From contig CAXXDV010000003.1 in NCBI GenBank assembly GCA_963674745.2, positions 1,888,001 through 1,952,000 of the forward strand: a DNA stretch of 64,000 nt, read 5' to 3'. Both the position numbers and the translations under genes were made by a program. Below, in pieces: positions 18,732 through 27,856 of the stretch; positions within the stretch are counted from its first letter, which is position 1; each line of letters starts with the position of its first letter. The notes beneath the pieces are model-generated. The model did not search any database. It saw only the letters and a list, made by a program, of their open reading frames with translations, and was not told the DNA's origin. This stretch comes from Desulfosudaceae bacterium (GTDB taxonomy: Bacteria; Desulfobacterota; Desulfobacteria; Desulfobacterales; Desulfosudaceae).

Positions 18732-21080
18732 ATGAACGAATCGATTATCGGAAAAGAGAACCTGACGGCCTCTGTCCGCGTTGGTGACTGTCTTATCAAA
18801 GAAGGCTTTGCGACCATCGATGATATCTCCAGGGCGATAGCGCTTCAGAAAAAAGAAGAAAAAGAGATTAAATTCTCAGATCGACCGGTTTTCCCCTCGT
18901 TGGACAAACTACCCCAGAAGCAGATCAAACATATTCTTTCGCAGCCGCCGCTTGATTCCAATATCGGCCTGATTTGCATACAGAAAGGGTTGATCAGTAA
19001 ACCGGTCCTGTACGATCTGCTTAAAGAAAAAAAAGAAACCGAATCCCTGGGTGAAGCACTCATCAAAAAAGGGTACCTGACCTCAGACAAGCTCGAGGAC
19101 TTACTGTTTGAAAACCTTGGCGCCACTTTATTCGGCGAACTCGCTCAACAACTGGGACTGATTACGGCGGATGAGCTCAAAAAAGCGCTGTATGCCAAAA
19201 AAGCGCCCAGAACCATCGGCCGGATCTTGTGTGATATGGGGGTTATTAATCCCGCCGACCTTGATTATGTACTGAAGAAATACGGTAAACAGATCAAATT
19301 CGGTGAAATCCTGGTAAAAGAAGGTATCATCGACAACACCAAACTGATGAACGCCCTGCAGGAACAGTTTCACCGGGAACTACCGCTGGGAAAAATTCTG
19401 CTGGAACAAAATCTGATAACGGTCGATCAACTGTATCACGCATTATCGGTCCAGCATAATATCCCGTTTAAAAAAATCAAAAAACTGGGATTATTTGAAC
19501 CACAGAAAATCGCTTTAACCAATATTGTCGGCAAGAAATACGCCCAGAAAAACCATATTCTGCCAATCGCCATGGAAGGCAAAAAGATGACGGTTGCCAC
19601 CTATGATCCGGAACATCTTTCCGCTGTGTCCGACATTAAAAATGTATATACGCACCTGGAAATGTCCTGTGTTTTTATCAGCGAAGACAACTATATTGAT
19701 CTTTTTGAAGAATTATACCAGAGCGGCCCTGTCAACAGGCCTTTGCTGAAAGACACCCAACCTGCCGCTTCCATATCTTTAGACGCACTGGACATCAACC
19801 TGGATACCCAGACCGATGACATGAAACCGTCCGCAAAAACGGACTATGGCCTTGAAAAGGTCGAAGCACTGGAACTGGTCAATTACATCATCAAATACGG
19901 CATTGCCCATAACGCCAGTGATATTCACATCGAACAGGATAGGAAAAACCCCAAGTTACGATTCCGGATTGACGGTATGCTGCAGACACTGCAGCAAAAA
20001 TGGCTGGATGACAAACTGCGCGAATTGATCAACGGTATTATCTCCAGAATCAAAGTCGTGGCCAACCTGGATATTTCTGAACGACGTCTGCCCCAGGACG
20101 GGGTCTTTCGGGTGAACTATTATGACGCCAGCAAAAAGGAACAAGTCGATCTTGATTTCAGGGTGGCCACCTGCCCCGGTATCGTCGGTGAAAACATTAC
20201 CATCCGTATTCTCGATCCACGAAAGGCCAAGGTTGATCTTGATTCCCTGAACCACTCCAGTCATGTGGCAGAGCCCCTGAAAAAAATGCTGAAAAGCGCC
20301 GCCGGCATGATACTTGTCTCCGGTCCGACCGGCAGCGGGAAAACGTCTACATTGTACAGCGCCCTTCGATATGTGTATAACCCGGCCATCAAAATCATCA
20401 CGGCCGAAGATCCGATTGAGTACAGCTTTCCGGGCATTATGCAGACCCAGGTCAACCCGAAGATAAACCTGAATTTTTCCCGTCTGCTACGCTCTTTTCT
20501 CCGGTTGGACCCGGACGTCATTCTGGTCGGAGAAATCCGCGATCAGGAGACCGCCAATATCAGCTTTGACGCTGCCCAGACAGGCCACCTGATGCTCAGC
20601 ACGGTTCATACCAATGACGCCGTCGGGGCTATTCCCAGGTTGATTGACCTGGGTATCGATCATAACCAGCTGGCATCAAGCCTGATGTGTGTTGTAGCGC
20701 AACGCTTACTGCGCAAGCTCTGCCCGCTGTGCCGTGTACCTTACACGCCGACACCGTTCGAATGGGAGCCGCTTTTTGAAAACTACCCCGACCATCTTGA
20801 GTTTTACAAGAGCGAAGGGTGTCCGGACTGCAATTTTTCCGGCTATACCGGCCGAACGTTGATTTCGGAAATACTGATTATCGATCAGGAAATCGCCCGG
20901 GCCCTGAACAAAGAGATACCGGTTAACGAGATAAAAACCCTTGCCATTCAAAACGGAATGAAAACCATGGTTGATGATGGTTTGACCAAAATGGCTTCCA
21001 CGACATTGTCCGAGATCATTCGCGTTGTCCCCAATGAGATGTTGAAAGAATTCAAATCCCGGCAGCAAAAGGCCGGCTGA
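18732..21080 (+). CDS. GspE/PilB-family secretion ATPase with multiple MshEN-like N-terminal repeats
   Basis: ASDIHIE, RLPQDG, GPTGSGKT, EDPIEY, LRLDPDVILVGEIRD and CxxC Zn motifs. Confidence 0.93.
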   Translation: MNESIIGKENLTASVRVGDCLIKEGFATIDDISRAIALQKKEEKEIKFSDRPVFPSLDKLPQKQIKHILSQPPLDSNIGLICIQKGLISKPVLYDLLKEKKETESLGEALIKKGYLTSDKLEDLLFENLGATLFGELAQQLGLITADELKKALYAKKAPRTIGRILCDMGVINPADLDYVLKKYGKQIKFGEILVKEGIIDNTKLMNALQEQFHRELPLGKILLEQNLITVDQLYHALSVQHNIPFKKIKKLGLFEPQKIALTNIVGKKYAQKNHILPIAMEGKKMTVATYDPEHLSAVSDIKNVYTHLEMSCVFISEDNYIDLFEELYQSGPVNRPLLKDTQPAASISLDALDINLDTQTDDMKPSAKTDYGLEKVEALELVNYIIKYGIAHNASDIHIEQDRKNPKLRFRIDGMLQTLQQKWLDDKLRELINGIISRIKVVANLDISERRLPQDGVFRVNYYDASKKEQVDLDFRVATCPGIVGENITIRILDPRKAKVDLDSLNHSSHVAEPLKKMLKSAAGMILVSGPTGSGKTSTLYSALRYVYNPAIKIITAEDPIEYSFPGIMQTQVNPKINLNFSRLLRSFLRLDPDVILVGEIRDQETANISFDAAQTGHLMLSTVHTNDAVGAIPRLIDLGIDHNQLASSLMCVVAQRLLRKLCPLCRVPYTPTPFEWEPLFENYPDHLEFYKSEGCPDCNFSGYTGRTLISEILIIDQEIARALNKEIPVNEIKTLAIQNGMKTMVDDGLTKMASTTLSEIIRVVPNEMLKEFKSRQQKAG

Positions 21081-21143
21081 ACCGGAAATTTCCCCCTCCG
21101 GGCGAGTCACCTTGGGCCCTGGCCTCTGGCCTTGATTCACAAT

Positions 21144-21185
21144 TAGGCACGGCACGCCATAGGGCATGACACGCCGTGCTCCTAC
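21144..21185. repeat. degenerate GTAG-type REP palindrome
   Basis: minus strand GTAGGAGCACGGCGTGTCATGCCCTA followed by a second partial GGCGTGCCGTGCCTA. Confidence 0.5.
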
Positions 21186-21337
21186 ATTAATTGCGTCCTG
21201 CGCCTTGCAGGTGTGGCCAGATGCCAAAAAACAATTTTTAGATGTGCCCTTAAGGATCGGTTGACAAAACGGCTACCGGCCTTTATAAAAAACCAGCCGG
21301 TTCAAACAGACAAATAAAAGAATACAAAGGAACACAT

Positions 21338-22099
21338 ATGAGTTGGATTGGGAAAATGGTCGGTGGGACCATCGGGTTCGCTCTTGGCGGTCCCATTGGT
21401 GCAGTAGCCGGAGCTGTTTTCGGCCATGCTTTTGACGTGAATGATGACCGACGGCTGGAAGGCGGCGGCGCCTACCGGCAACTTTCAACCGAAGAAGAAG
21501 ACCAGATGACATTTTTTGTGGCTGTATTTTCCATGTTGTCCAAGCTGGCTTTGGCAGACGGCCGCATCAGCCCGGAGGAAACCAGAACCATCGAACAGTT
21601 CATGAGCCGTGATCTTTCACTGACGCCGGGGAACAAGCAGGTAGCCGCAAAAATTTTCAACCAGGCCGCCAACAGCAGCAGTTCCTTTGATGAGTTCGCG
21701 CACCAGTTTTATGCCCGGTTCAAAGATAAACACCAACTGCTGGACCTGATGCTGGATATCTTAGTGCGTGTCTCTTTTGCCGACGGTGTCCTGAGTGCCC
21801 AGGAAGAAGCGTTGATACATTCCGCCGCCCGGATATTCAACTATGATGAAACCGCCTTTCAGCGCATCAGAAAACGGTATGCACCGGACAATGAAAATGA
21901 CTACGCGTTGCTCAACAGCACCAGCAGCGACTCGGATGAGCACATCAAAAAACAATACCGGAAGCTGGTCAACGATTTCCACCCGGATAAAATCGCGTCC
22001 AAAGGCCTGCCCGAAGAGTTTACCCTTTTTGCCACTGAAAAATTTCAGAAAATCCAGGAAGCTTACGAAAATATCAAGCGCGCCCGTAACATGTCTTGA
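21338..22099 (+). CDS. djlA: DjlA-like co-chaperone (TerB-like + DnaJ domain)
   Basis: Gly-rich N-terminal TM with GHAFD; ADG motif; J domain with HPD. Confidence 0.88.
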   Translation: MSWIGKMVGGTIGFALGGPIGAVAGAVFGHAFDVNDDRRLEGGGAYRQLSTEEEDQMTFFVAVFSMLSKLALADGRISPEETRTIEQFMSRDLSLTPGNKQVAAKIFNQAANSSSSFDEFAHQFYARFKDKHQLLDLMLDILVRVSFADGVLSAQEEALIHSAARIFNYDETAFQRIRKRYAPDNENDYALLNSTSSDSDEHIKKQYRKLVNDFHPDKIASKGLPEEFTLFATEKFQKIQEAYENIKRARNMS

Positions 22100-22109
22100 C
22101 CCGTTTTGC

Positions 22110-22922
22110 TCATGATTTATCCGGGGAAGCACAGGAACGAACAATATTGGCAAAACTGACATTACCCATACACAGCATCTTCACAAAACGATCTTCCCTG
22201 TCTTTCATCATATGAATGATCGCCTTCTGTGAATAGCCGCTTGTCAGAAGTCCGGTGATTTCACCGTAAAGATCTTCCAGAAAATTCAACTTTCGTTCCA
22301 GGTGTACGCGGCCGTTTTCCGGCCAGGGATTATGGGCGCACATCAACCCGTCAAAAGCGTATGTTAAAATTTTTTTAAGCGATCTGATCTGATCGGAAAT
22401 ATCTTCATCAGCCCGGAAATACTTGATCCGATCACCCAGATACGAATCCCCGGAAAAAAGCCATCCCCTGTTTTGTTCCAGAAAAACCGTGTGGTCCTTG
22501 CTGTGACCGGGGGTGTGGATAGGCAGAAATTGAAATGAGCCGAACTCGATTTTTTCCGGAAACGGTTTAACCGCAACCGGGTCCGCTTTTCCCCAGATCA
22601 GACGCTGATAGGGATAAATCCGGTATGCGTGTTTCATTTTTTCAGCCGTAAGCGGGTGACCGATCACATCAACATGATGCGCCTTACCGAGAACAGCCGC
22701 ATTACCGCTGTGATCTTCGTGGTGATGGGTCAGCAGAATGGATTCTATCTTTTTCTCAGACAGGGCCTGGAGAATCTTTTTTCGCATGTTCCGCAGCCCG
22801 GTATCAATCAGAACGGATCCGACCAGATAAATATGAACGGTCATCAGCGGCGGGCCAATCGGCCCGAATCCCGCCTCAAAAGCGACAATGTCACCGAACT
22901 GCTTGCGGGTAAACACATTCAT
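22110..22922 (-). CDS. metallo-beta-lactamase-fold hydrolase
   Basis: THHHEDH, HTPGH and FSGD motifs. Confidence 0.9.
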   Translation of the reverse strand: MNVFTRKQFGDIVAFEAGFGPIGPPLMTVHIYLVGSVLIDTGLRNMRKKILQALSEKKIESILLTHHHEDHSGNAAVLGKAHHVDVIGHPLTAEKMKHAYRIYPYQRLIWGKADPVAVKPFPEKIEFGSFQFLPIHTPGHSKDHTVFLEQNRGWLFSGDSYLGDRIKYFRADEDISDQIRSLKKILTYAFDGLMCAHNPWPENGRVHLERKLNFLEDLYGEITGLLTSGYSQKAIIHMMKDREDRFVKMLCMGNVSFANIVRSCASPDKS

Positions 22923-22957
22923 TTATGCCATTATCTAGGCGCATATCAAAAGCCGCC

Positions 22958-23380
22958 TCATTTCTTTTCCAGTTCAAGCAGACGATCTCTCAGCCGCTGC
23001 CCCAGCTCCAGCATTTCATTTTCCAGAAGCTGCAATTCATTGATACGGTCTCTGATATCGCCGATTTTTTTCGCGCCGAACTCAATGGCTTTCCGGATCT
23101 GGTCTTTTTCGTCAAAGTCGACATCATTAAAACCGATAATTTCGGCAATTTCATCAAGGGTGTAACCAAATCTTTTGCCCCTCAGAATGAGACGCAGCCG
23201 GCGCCTGTCCCGTTTGGAATAAAGCCGGTAATTTCCCTTGGTACGCCGGGGTGAAATCAGGTTTTTTTCTTCGTAAAACCGGATGGAACGCTTGCTGACA
23301 TCAAATTCTCTGGCCAAGTCGGCGATGGTATAAAATGTTTCCTGACTTTCCTGATCTTTTTGTTTTTCCTGTTTTTTCAT
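22958..23380 (-). CDS. MerR-family regulator (LiuR-like)
   Basis: YTIADLAREFDVSKRSIRFYEE...LRGKRFGYTLDEI; start at MKKQEK. Confidence 0.88.
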   Translation of the reverse strand: MKKQEKQKDQESQETFYTIADLAREFDVSKRSIRFYEEKNLISPRRTKGNYRLYSKRDRRRLRLILRGKRFGYTLDEIAEIIGFNDVDFDEKDQIRKAIEFGAKKIGDIRDRINELQLLENEMLELGQRLRDRLLELEKK

Positions 23381-23392
23381 AACGAGGGCCTT

Positions 23393-23428
23393 TAACCTTA
23401 ACGTAAAGGTTAGGGCGGGGGATGTCAA
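23393..23428 (-). promoter_or_regulatory. sigma70 promoter with overlapping palindromic operator for the MerR gene
   Basis: minus strand TTGACA-17bp-TACGTT; palindrome TAACCTT-N6-AAGGTTA over the -10. Confidence 0.7.
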
Positions 23429-23562
23429 GAAGTGTTTTAATCTCCATAAAAACCTTTTTATGCGCTTATTTTCCAACTTTGTTTGGCTACTGCTTGCAGC
23501 CAAAGAAAATTTGAAATACAATCCGTAAGAATAATTAACAAGTTTAAACGGAGGAAAAATCC

Positions 23563-23670
23563 ATGGCCAAAGGAAGAGATGCCCAGAAAACAGATAAGAA
23601 AAAATCAGAAAAAACCTTGAAAGAAAAACGCAAAGAGAAAAAAGAGAAAAAATCCAAAAAAAGTTTTTAA
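23563..23670 (+). CDS. small lysine-rich 35-aa protein
   Basis: MAKGRDAQKTDKKKSEKTLKEKRKEKKEKKSKKSF, strong GGAGG RBS. Confidence 0.65.
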   Translation: MAKGRDAQKTDKKKSEKTLKEKRKEKKEKKSKKSF

Positions 23671-23773
23671 TTAACGCTTTAATCAATTGAGTCTTGATAC
23701 CATTATGACAGTCAAGACCTGATGCTTGGGCTACGTAATCAGCAAATACAGCTGCGGACAAATGTGGGGAGGC

Positions 23774-23836
23774 ACATAACAAACGGCTTTACGTTGGGCC
23801 GCTCGTACCTCGCGGCCTGTGAGGCTTAACGTAGCG
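23774..23836 (+). mobile_element. degenerate attC-like site
   Basis: ACATAAC R''-like box and central hairpin GGCCGC-TCGTACCTC-GCGGCC; R' box degenerate. Confidence 0.35.
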
Positions 23837-23857
23837 GCAAATTTTGAGTATGCTGTA

Positions 23858-24475
23858 ATGACACTGATTTCCTGGCTGACGCTTGTCGGTATATGCGCCG
23901 TCGGCGCCATGTCACCCGGCCCGAGCCTGGCGGTAATTCTCCAGAAAAGGATCCGGAGTTCTCTTGGTCAGGCGCTGATCGCAAGCTGGTCCCATGCGGC
24001 AGGTATTTTTTTCTGGGCCCTGGCGGCCAGCACCACACTGGGCACCCTGTTTGAACGTTTTCCTCCGATTAAAACCTTGCTAACGATGGCCGGCGCAACC
24101 TTTCTGGTATACCTGGCCATCAAGTCATGGAAACATCAAGAGGATGATTACAGCGGTCCCGACAAGCAATTACCGGCCGCCTGGTTGAGCGGCTTGAGCA
24201 TTTCACTGCTCAACCCCAAAATTTTTGTCTTTTTCACGGCCCTTTTTTCACAGTTTATTCCTCAAGGCGCGGGGTTGATGACGATGGTCGGCATGGCCAT
24301 AGTTGCCTGGCTCGTTGATGGTACATGGTACAGCTTTGTTTCTCTGCTTGTGGGGACGATCGGGCTTGAAAAAAAGCTCAACCGCTACAGCCTTTTCATC
24401 AACCGGACCGCCGCTGTTTTCTATCTGGTCATCGCCGTCCTGTCCCTGGTGCAGATTGCGGGTTTAACCGCATGA
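23858..24475 (+). CDS. LysE/RhtB-family exporter
   Basis: SPGP and LLNPK motifs, multiple TM helices. Confidence 0.9.
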   Translation: MTLISWLTLVGICAVGAMSPGPSLAVILQKRIRSSLGQALIASWSHAAGIFFWALAASTTLGTLFERFPPIKTLLTMAGATFLVYLAIKSWKHQEDDYSGPDKQLPAAWLSGLSISLLNPKIFVFFTALFSQFIPQGAGLMTMVGMAIVAWLVDGTWYSFVSLLVGTIGLEKKLNRYSLFINRTAAVFYLVIAVLSLVQIAGLTA

Positions 24476-24639
24476 AACACAACCAGCCTTAATAACAGGC
24501 CGCCATACTGCCCCATACGCCCTGCCCTGTTGCTTTATCTACCCAGCGTTTTGACCTTCCGATTTAAATAAGTTAAATAATTTTCAATGCGTTTTCGTAT
24601 TATTCGCGGGAATGGGGGATCGAGCTCCCCTACCCATAC

Positions 24640-24786
24640 AATTTTCCATATAAAAATGCTGCTTAATTCCTTAAACCGCTTACGGCAGTTTGTCTTTTTG
24701 AAAAACGCCTAAATTTTATTTTAACTATTTGTATTTAATAGACATATTTTCCTATGTCGAAAAATTTCATGAAATATTAGGGCTAG
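24640..24786. mobile_element. partial MITE-like element (copy of 36392-36538)
   Basis: collinear ~148-bp similarity (atataaaa, attcctt, cagtttg, aaaacg, aaaaatttcatgaaatat..gggytar). Confidence 0.65.
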
Positions 24787-25034
24787 TTTCCATTAATTAC
24801 TACTGTTATGCCACATATATACAGTGACCAAGCCATGAAACCGCATAATACGAAAATTTTTAATTTTTGCCGGATAAAAAATATAGGTATTGAAAGATGG
24901 GCAAAAGAGGAGGCAGGCGAAATCCTTGATAAATATTATTATGACACTTGGACCTTATAACAAAGTTTTTAAATAGCATAACGAACAAGGATAGATCGTG
25001 CGAGGACACCATGGGCTTAGAAGTATAAAAGTTA

Positions 25035-25062
25035 TTGACAATCGGCCTTAATTTGGTACCAT
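25035..25062 (+). promoter_or_regulatory. sigma70 promoter of the TA operon
   Basis: TTGACA-16bp-TACCAT, then a GGAGG RBS. Confidence 0.55.
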
Positions 25063-25084
25063 AAAAAGACCGGAGGCAACCCCA

Positions 25085-25366
25085 ATGAATATGATAAACG
25101 ACATCAAACCAGTTACTTATTTGAAATCTAAGGCCGCAGATCTCTTGAATCAAATAAATGAAACCCGTCGACCTGTAATTATAACTCAGAATGGGGAACC
25201 CCGAGCAGTCCTTCAAGATCCCAAAAGCTATGAAGATATGCGGAATGCTATCGGCCTATTAAAACTGATTTCGCAAGGTGATAATGATGTGAGAAATGGT
25301 CATTTAAAAGCACAAGAGAACGTTTTCAAAGACCTTGAAGATTCATTGAAAACAAAATTGAGATGA
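25085..25366 (+). CDS. Phd/YefM-family antitoxin
   Basis: IKPVTYLK...RPVIITQNGEPRAVL; 4-bp overlap with the toxin gene. Confidence 0.92.
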   Translation: MNMINDIKPVTYLKSKAADLLNQINETRRPVIITQNGEPRAVLQDPKSYEDMRNAIGLLKLISQGDNDVRNGHLKAQENVFKDLEDSLKTKLR

Positions 25367-25695
25367 CTTCAGAGTATAAAGTTGTTTGGGCCAATGTGGC
25401 AGAAAATGATTTAAAAAATATTATTGCGTACATTGCAGAAGATAGTCCTCAAAAGGCTTTAAACATTTTAAATAAAATACGACAGAAAGTGTCCCAGCTA
25501 TACACTCTACCCGAAAGTGGTAGAATTGTTCCAGAACTTCAAGACCAAGGGATAGTCCAATATAGGGAATTAATTATTTCACCTTGGAGATTAATTTACC
25601 GAATTTTTGAGCTGAAAGTATATGTATTATCCGTTATCGATTCACGTCAGAATGTTGAAGACATCCTGCTAAAAAGATTTATTAATCAAACATAG
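25363..25695 (+). CDS. RelE/ParE-family toxin
   Basis: AENDLKNIIAYIA, PESGRIVPE, RELII..WRLIYR and DSRQ motifs. Confidence 0.92.
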   Translation: MTSEYKVVWANVAENDLKNIIAYIAEDSPQKALNILNKIRQKVSQLYTLPESGRIVPELQDQGIVQYRELIISPWRLIYRIFELKVYVLSVIDSRQNVEDILLKRFINQT

Positions 25696-25698
25696 AAC

Positions 25699-25759
25699 TG
25701 CCAACAAGGGCATTCAGCAGACTGGAAAAAACAACGGCTGCTGATGCCCGCCGTTATGT
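25699..25759 (+). mobile_element. integron attC recombination site
   Basis: TGCCAAC (R'') ... GTTATGT (R'); arms GGGCAT(T)CAGCAG / CTGCTGATGCCC pair with one extrahelical base; 3 bp after the toxin stop. Confidence 0.75.
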
Positions 25760-25864
25760 TTCCCTCTTCAAGACTGAACGCAGATTTTTTTTTGCTGGCG
25801 AAGCTGGTGGGATGATAACCATAAAAAATTTAGAAGTAGTTACCCAATTCCGACGGAGACCATT

Positions 25865-26350
25865 ATGTCAACCAGTCGAAGTGTATTGCTCGTATCCCTT
25901 GTCTTTGGGGCGCTGCTGTTTGGCGGCTGCGCCGCCCTTCAGTTCCGAGAACCTGTTTATGTGAACCTGGCTGACGTTGAGCCGCTTCAGGGTGAGGGGT
26001 TGGAGCTTAGAATGCTGCTCAAGCTGCGAATTCAGAATCCCAATGATGTGCCTCTGAACTACAACGGTATGTCAATCCGAATGGATGTGCAGGGCAAAAA
26101 TTTCGCTACCGGCGTAAGCGACGCTGCAGGCAGCATACCCAGTTTTGGAGATGCAATCGTTGACATCCCTATGAGTATCTCTGTGTTCAGTATCGCGCGT
26201 CAGGCGTTCGGCATCGCCCGTAACGAATACCGTGGGAAACTCCCTTATGAGATAAGTGGAAAACTCGCCGGATCAGCGTTTGATAGTATACGATTCGAGT
26301 TCCAGGGGGTGTTCACGCTGCCCCCAGAGCTCTTCGAGAGCAGCATGTGA
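25865..26350 (+). CDS. LEA type 2 / WHy-domain lipoprotein
   Basis: lipobox FGG-C; LRIQNPND motif. Confidence 0.88.
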   Translation: MSTSRSVLLVSLVFGALLFGGCAALQFREPVYVNLADVEPLQGEGLELRMLLKLRIQNPNDVPLNYNGMSIRMDVQGKNFATGVSDAAGSIPSFGDAIVDIPMSISVFSIARQAFGIARNEYRGKLPYEISGKLAGSAFDSIRFEFQGVFTLPPELFESSM

Positions 26351-26375
26351 GCCGGTTCGGCAGCTGCTTAATCCA

Positions 26376-26432
26376 GGCAAGAGGAGCATTTCTGCCGCTA
26401 CTTCGCCCAGGCTGGAAAGATATTTTGGAGTT
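26376..26432 (+). pseudogene. short HigA-antitoxin-like remnant
   Basis: translates GKRSISAATSPRLERYFGV, resembling HigA GKRxITxxTALRLxRYFG; no start codon. Confidence 0.4.
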
Positions 26433-26518
26433 GTTCGAGGCGTGCTTTTTATTGACAAAGTTGATGAAAGTATAAGAGATCGGATGCAAAGCTTAGTTGA
26501 TGTAATGAAGATGAAGGA

Positions 26519-27856
26519 TCAGGGTGTATCAACAGCCTCTGCCCAGACCCGTAACCCCTCAACCCGCTCACCGATCCTTACGAAGACATCCTGATTCATC
26601 GGGGCGTCTTCGCCGTCAACCAGAACCGTCAGGTAATTGGATGTCACCCCTTTCAAGCGCCCGGTGGCCCGGTCTCTTTTATCCTCAATGCGAACAGGCA
26701 GGATACGCCCTGTTTGTTCACGACAAAATCGGGCTCTTTTGACTTCACCCAATTGCCGTATCAGGCGGCATCTTTCTTTGATAATCGACTGCCGGACCTG
26801 GTCGGAAAATTTTGCGGCAGGTGTTCCCGGACGTGGCGAGAACGGAAAAACATGCAGATAGCTTGCAGGTATTTCATCGATCAGGGCCATCGTCTGCTCA
26901 AATTCAAGCTCGCTTTCACCCGGGAATCCGCTCAGCACATCGATACCGATGGCCGCATCCGGCATGGCGCCTTTTATCTTTTTCACCCGGCCCTTAAAAT
27001 AGTCCGCCGTATAAGGCCGTCCCATGCGCGCCAGAATTGTATCGCTGCCGCTTTGCAACGGGATATGAAAATGGTGACAGATATGCGGGGAACGGGATGC
27101 CAGGTCAATGATGTCATCCGATATTTCACAGGGTTCGATGGAACTCAAACGGATACGGCCAATGGCCGTGGTTTCGTCAATCCGACACAACAATTCATAA
27201 AGGGACAACGGCGGAGAAAAGTCCAGGCCATAGGCCCCAAGATGAATACCGGTCAGGACGATTTCGGCATAACCGGCGGAAGAAAACTGCTCGATGCCGG
27301 CCATCACGTGCTCCGGCGGCATGCTGACACTTCTCCCCCTGGCATAAGGCACAATGCAGTAAGCGCAAAAGGCGTTGCACCCGTCCTGGATTTTCAGCGC
27401 CGGCCGGGTGCGGGAGCCCTGAACCGGCATGGTGGAAAAACAGACAAACATGTCTTTGGCACTGCCATCGTCGACAAAATGCGGCAGGCTTTCTGTATCA
27501 GATGCTTGAACAAGACGGGCGGCAATCTCCGGAATTTTATATTTGGCGGCATGGCTGACGATACAATCGACACAGCCGATTTTATTAATATCATTTTTTC
27601 CCACGGTCGCATAACATCCGGTAGCGATAATCACGGCCTGTGCGTTTTCACGACGATAATGGCGCAAATACTGCCGGGACTGCTGGGCGCTTCTGCCGGT
27701 CACGGCACAGGTATTGACAATATAAAGATCAGCCGGTCCATCATCCACCTGCACCCATCCGGCGGCAGACAAAAGGCCGGCAATGGCCTCGGATTCGAAC
27801 TGGTTGACCTTGCATCCCAGGGTCCTGATGGTAAATGTCGGCACCGGTTTATCCAC
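26519..27856 (-). CDS. mtaB: tRNA t6A37 methylthiotransferase
   Basis: TLGCKVNQFES, LKIQDGCNAFCAYC and HVFPFSPRPGT; GTG start overlapping the mnmA stop. Confidence 0.9.
   Translation of the reverse strand: MDKPVPTFTIRTLGCKVNQFESEAIAGLLSAAGWVQVDDGPADLYIVNTCAVTGRSAQQSRQYLRHYRRENAQAVIIATGCYATVGKNDINKIGCVDCIVSHAAKYKIPEIAARLVQASDTESLPHFVDDGSAKDMFVCFSTMPVQGSRTRPALKIQDGCNAFCAYCIVPYARGRSVSMPPEHVMAGIEQFSSAGYAEIVLTGIHLGAYGLDFSPPLSLYELLCRIDETTAIGRIRLSSIEPCEISDDIIDLASRSPHICHHFHIPLQSGSDTILARMGRPYTADYFKGRVKKIKGAMPDAAIGIDVLSGFPGESELEFEQTMALIDEIPASYLHVFPFSPRPGTPAAKFSDQVRQSIIKERCRLIRQLGEVKRARFCREQTGRILPVRIEDKRDRATGRLKGVTSNYLTVLVDGEDAPMNQDVFVRIGERVEGLRVWAEAVDTP

Noticed and set aside
23381..23782. N-terminal extension of the MerR ORF (274-aa version)
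   Set aside because: Spans the promoter/operator and is antisense to the Lys-rich microprotein
24604..24638. GGGGA-TCGAGC-TCCCC-TACCCAT hairpin resembling a group II intron 3' end
   Set aside because: No domain V (GAGCCG...CGGTTC) or RT remnant upstream
24806..24982. GTTATGC ... GCATAAC as boundaries of an empty cassette
   Set aside because: No paired attC arms after the GCATAAC; could be chance in AT-rich DNA
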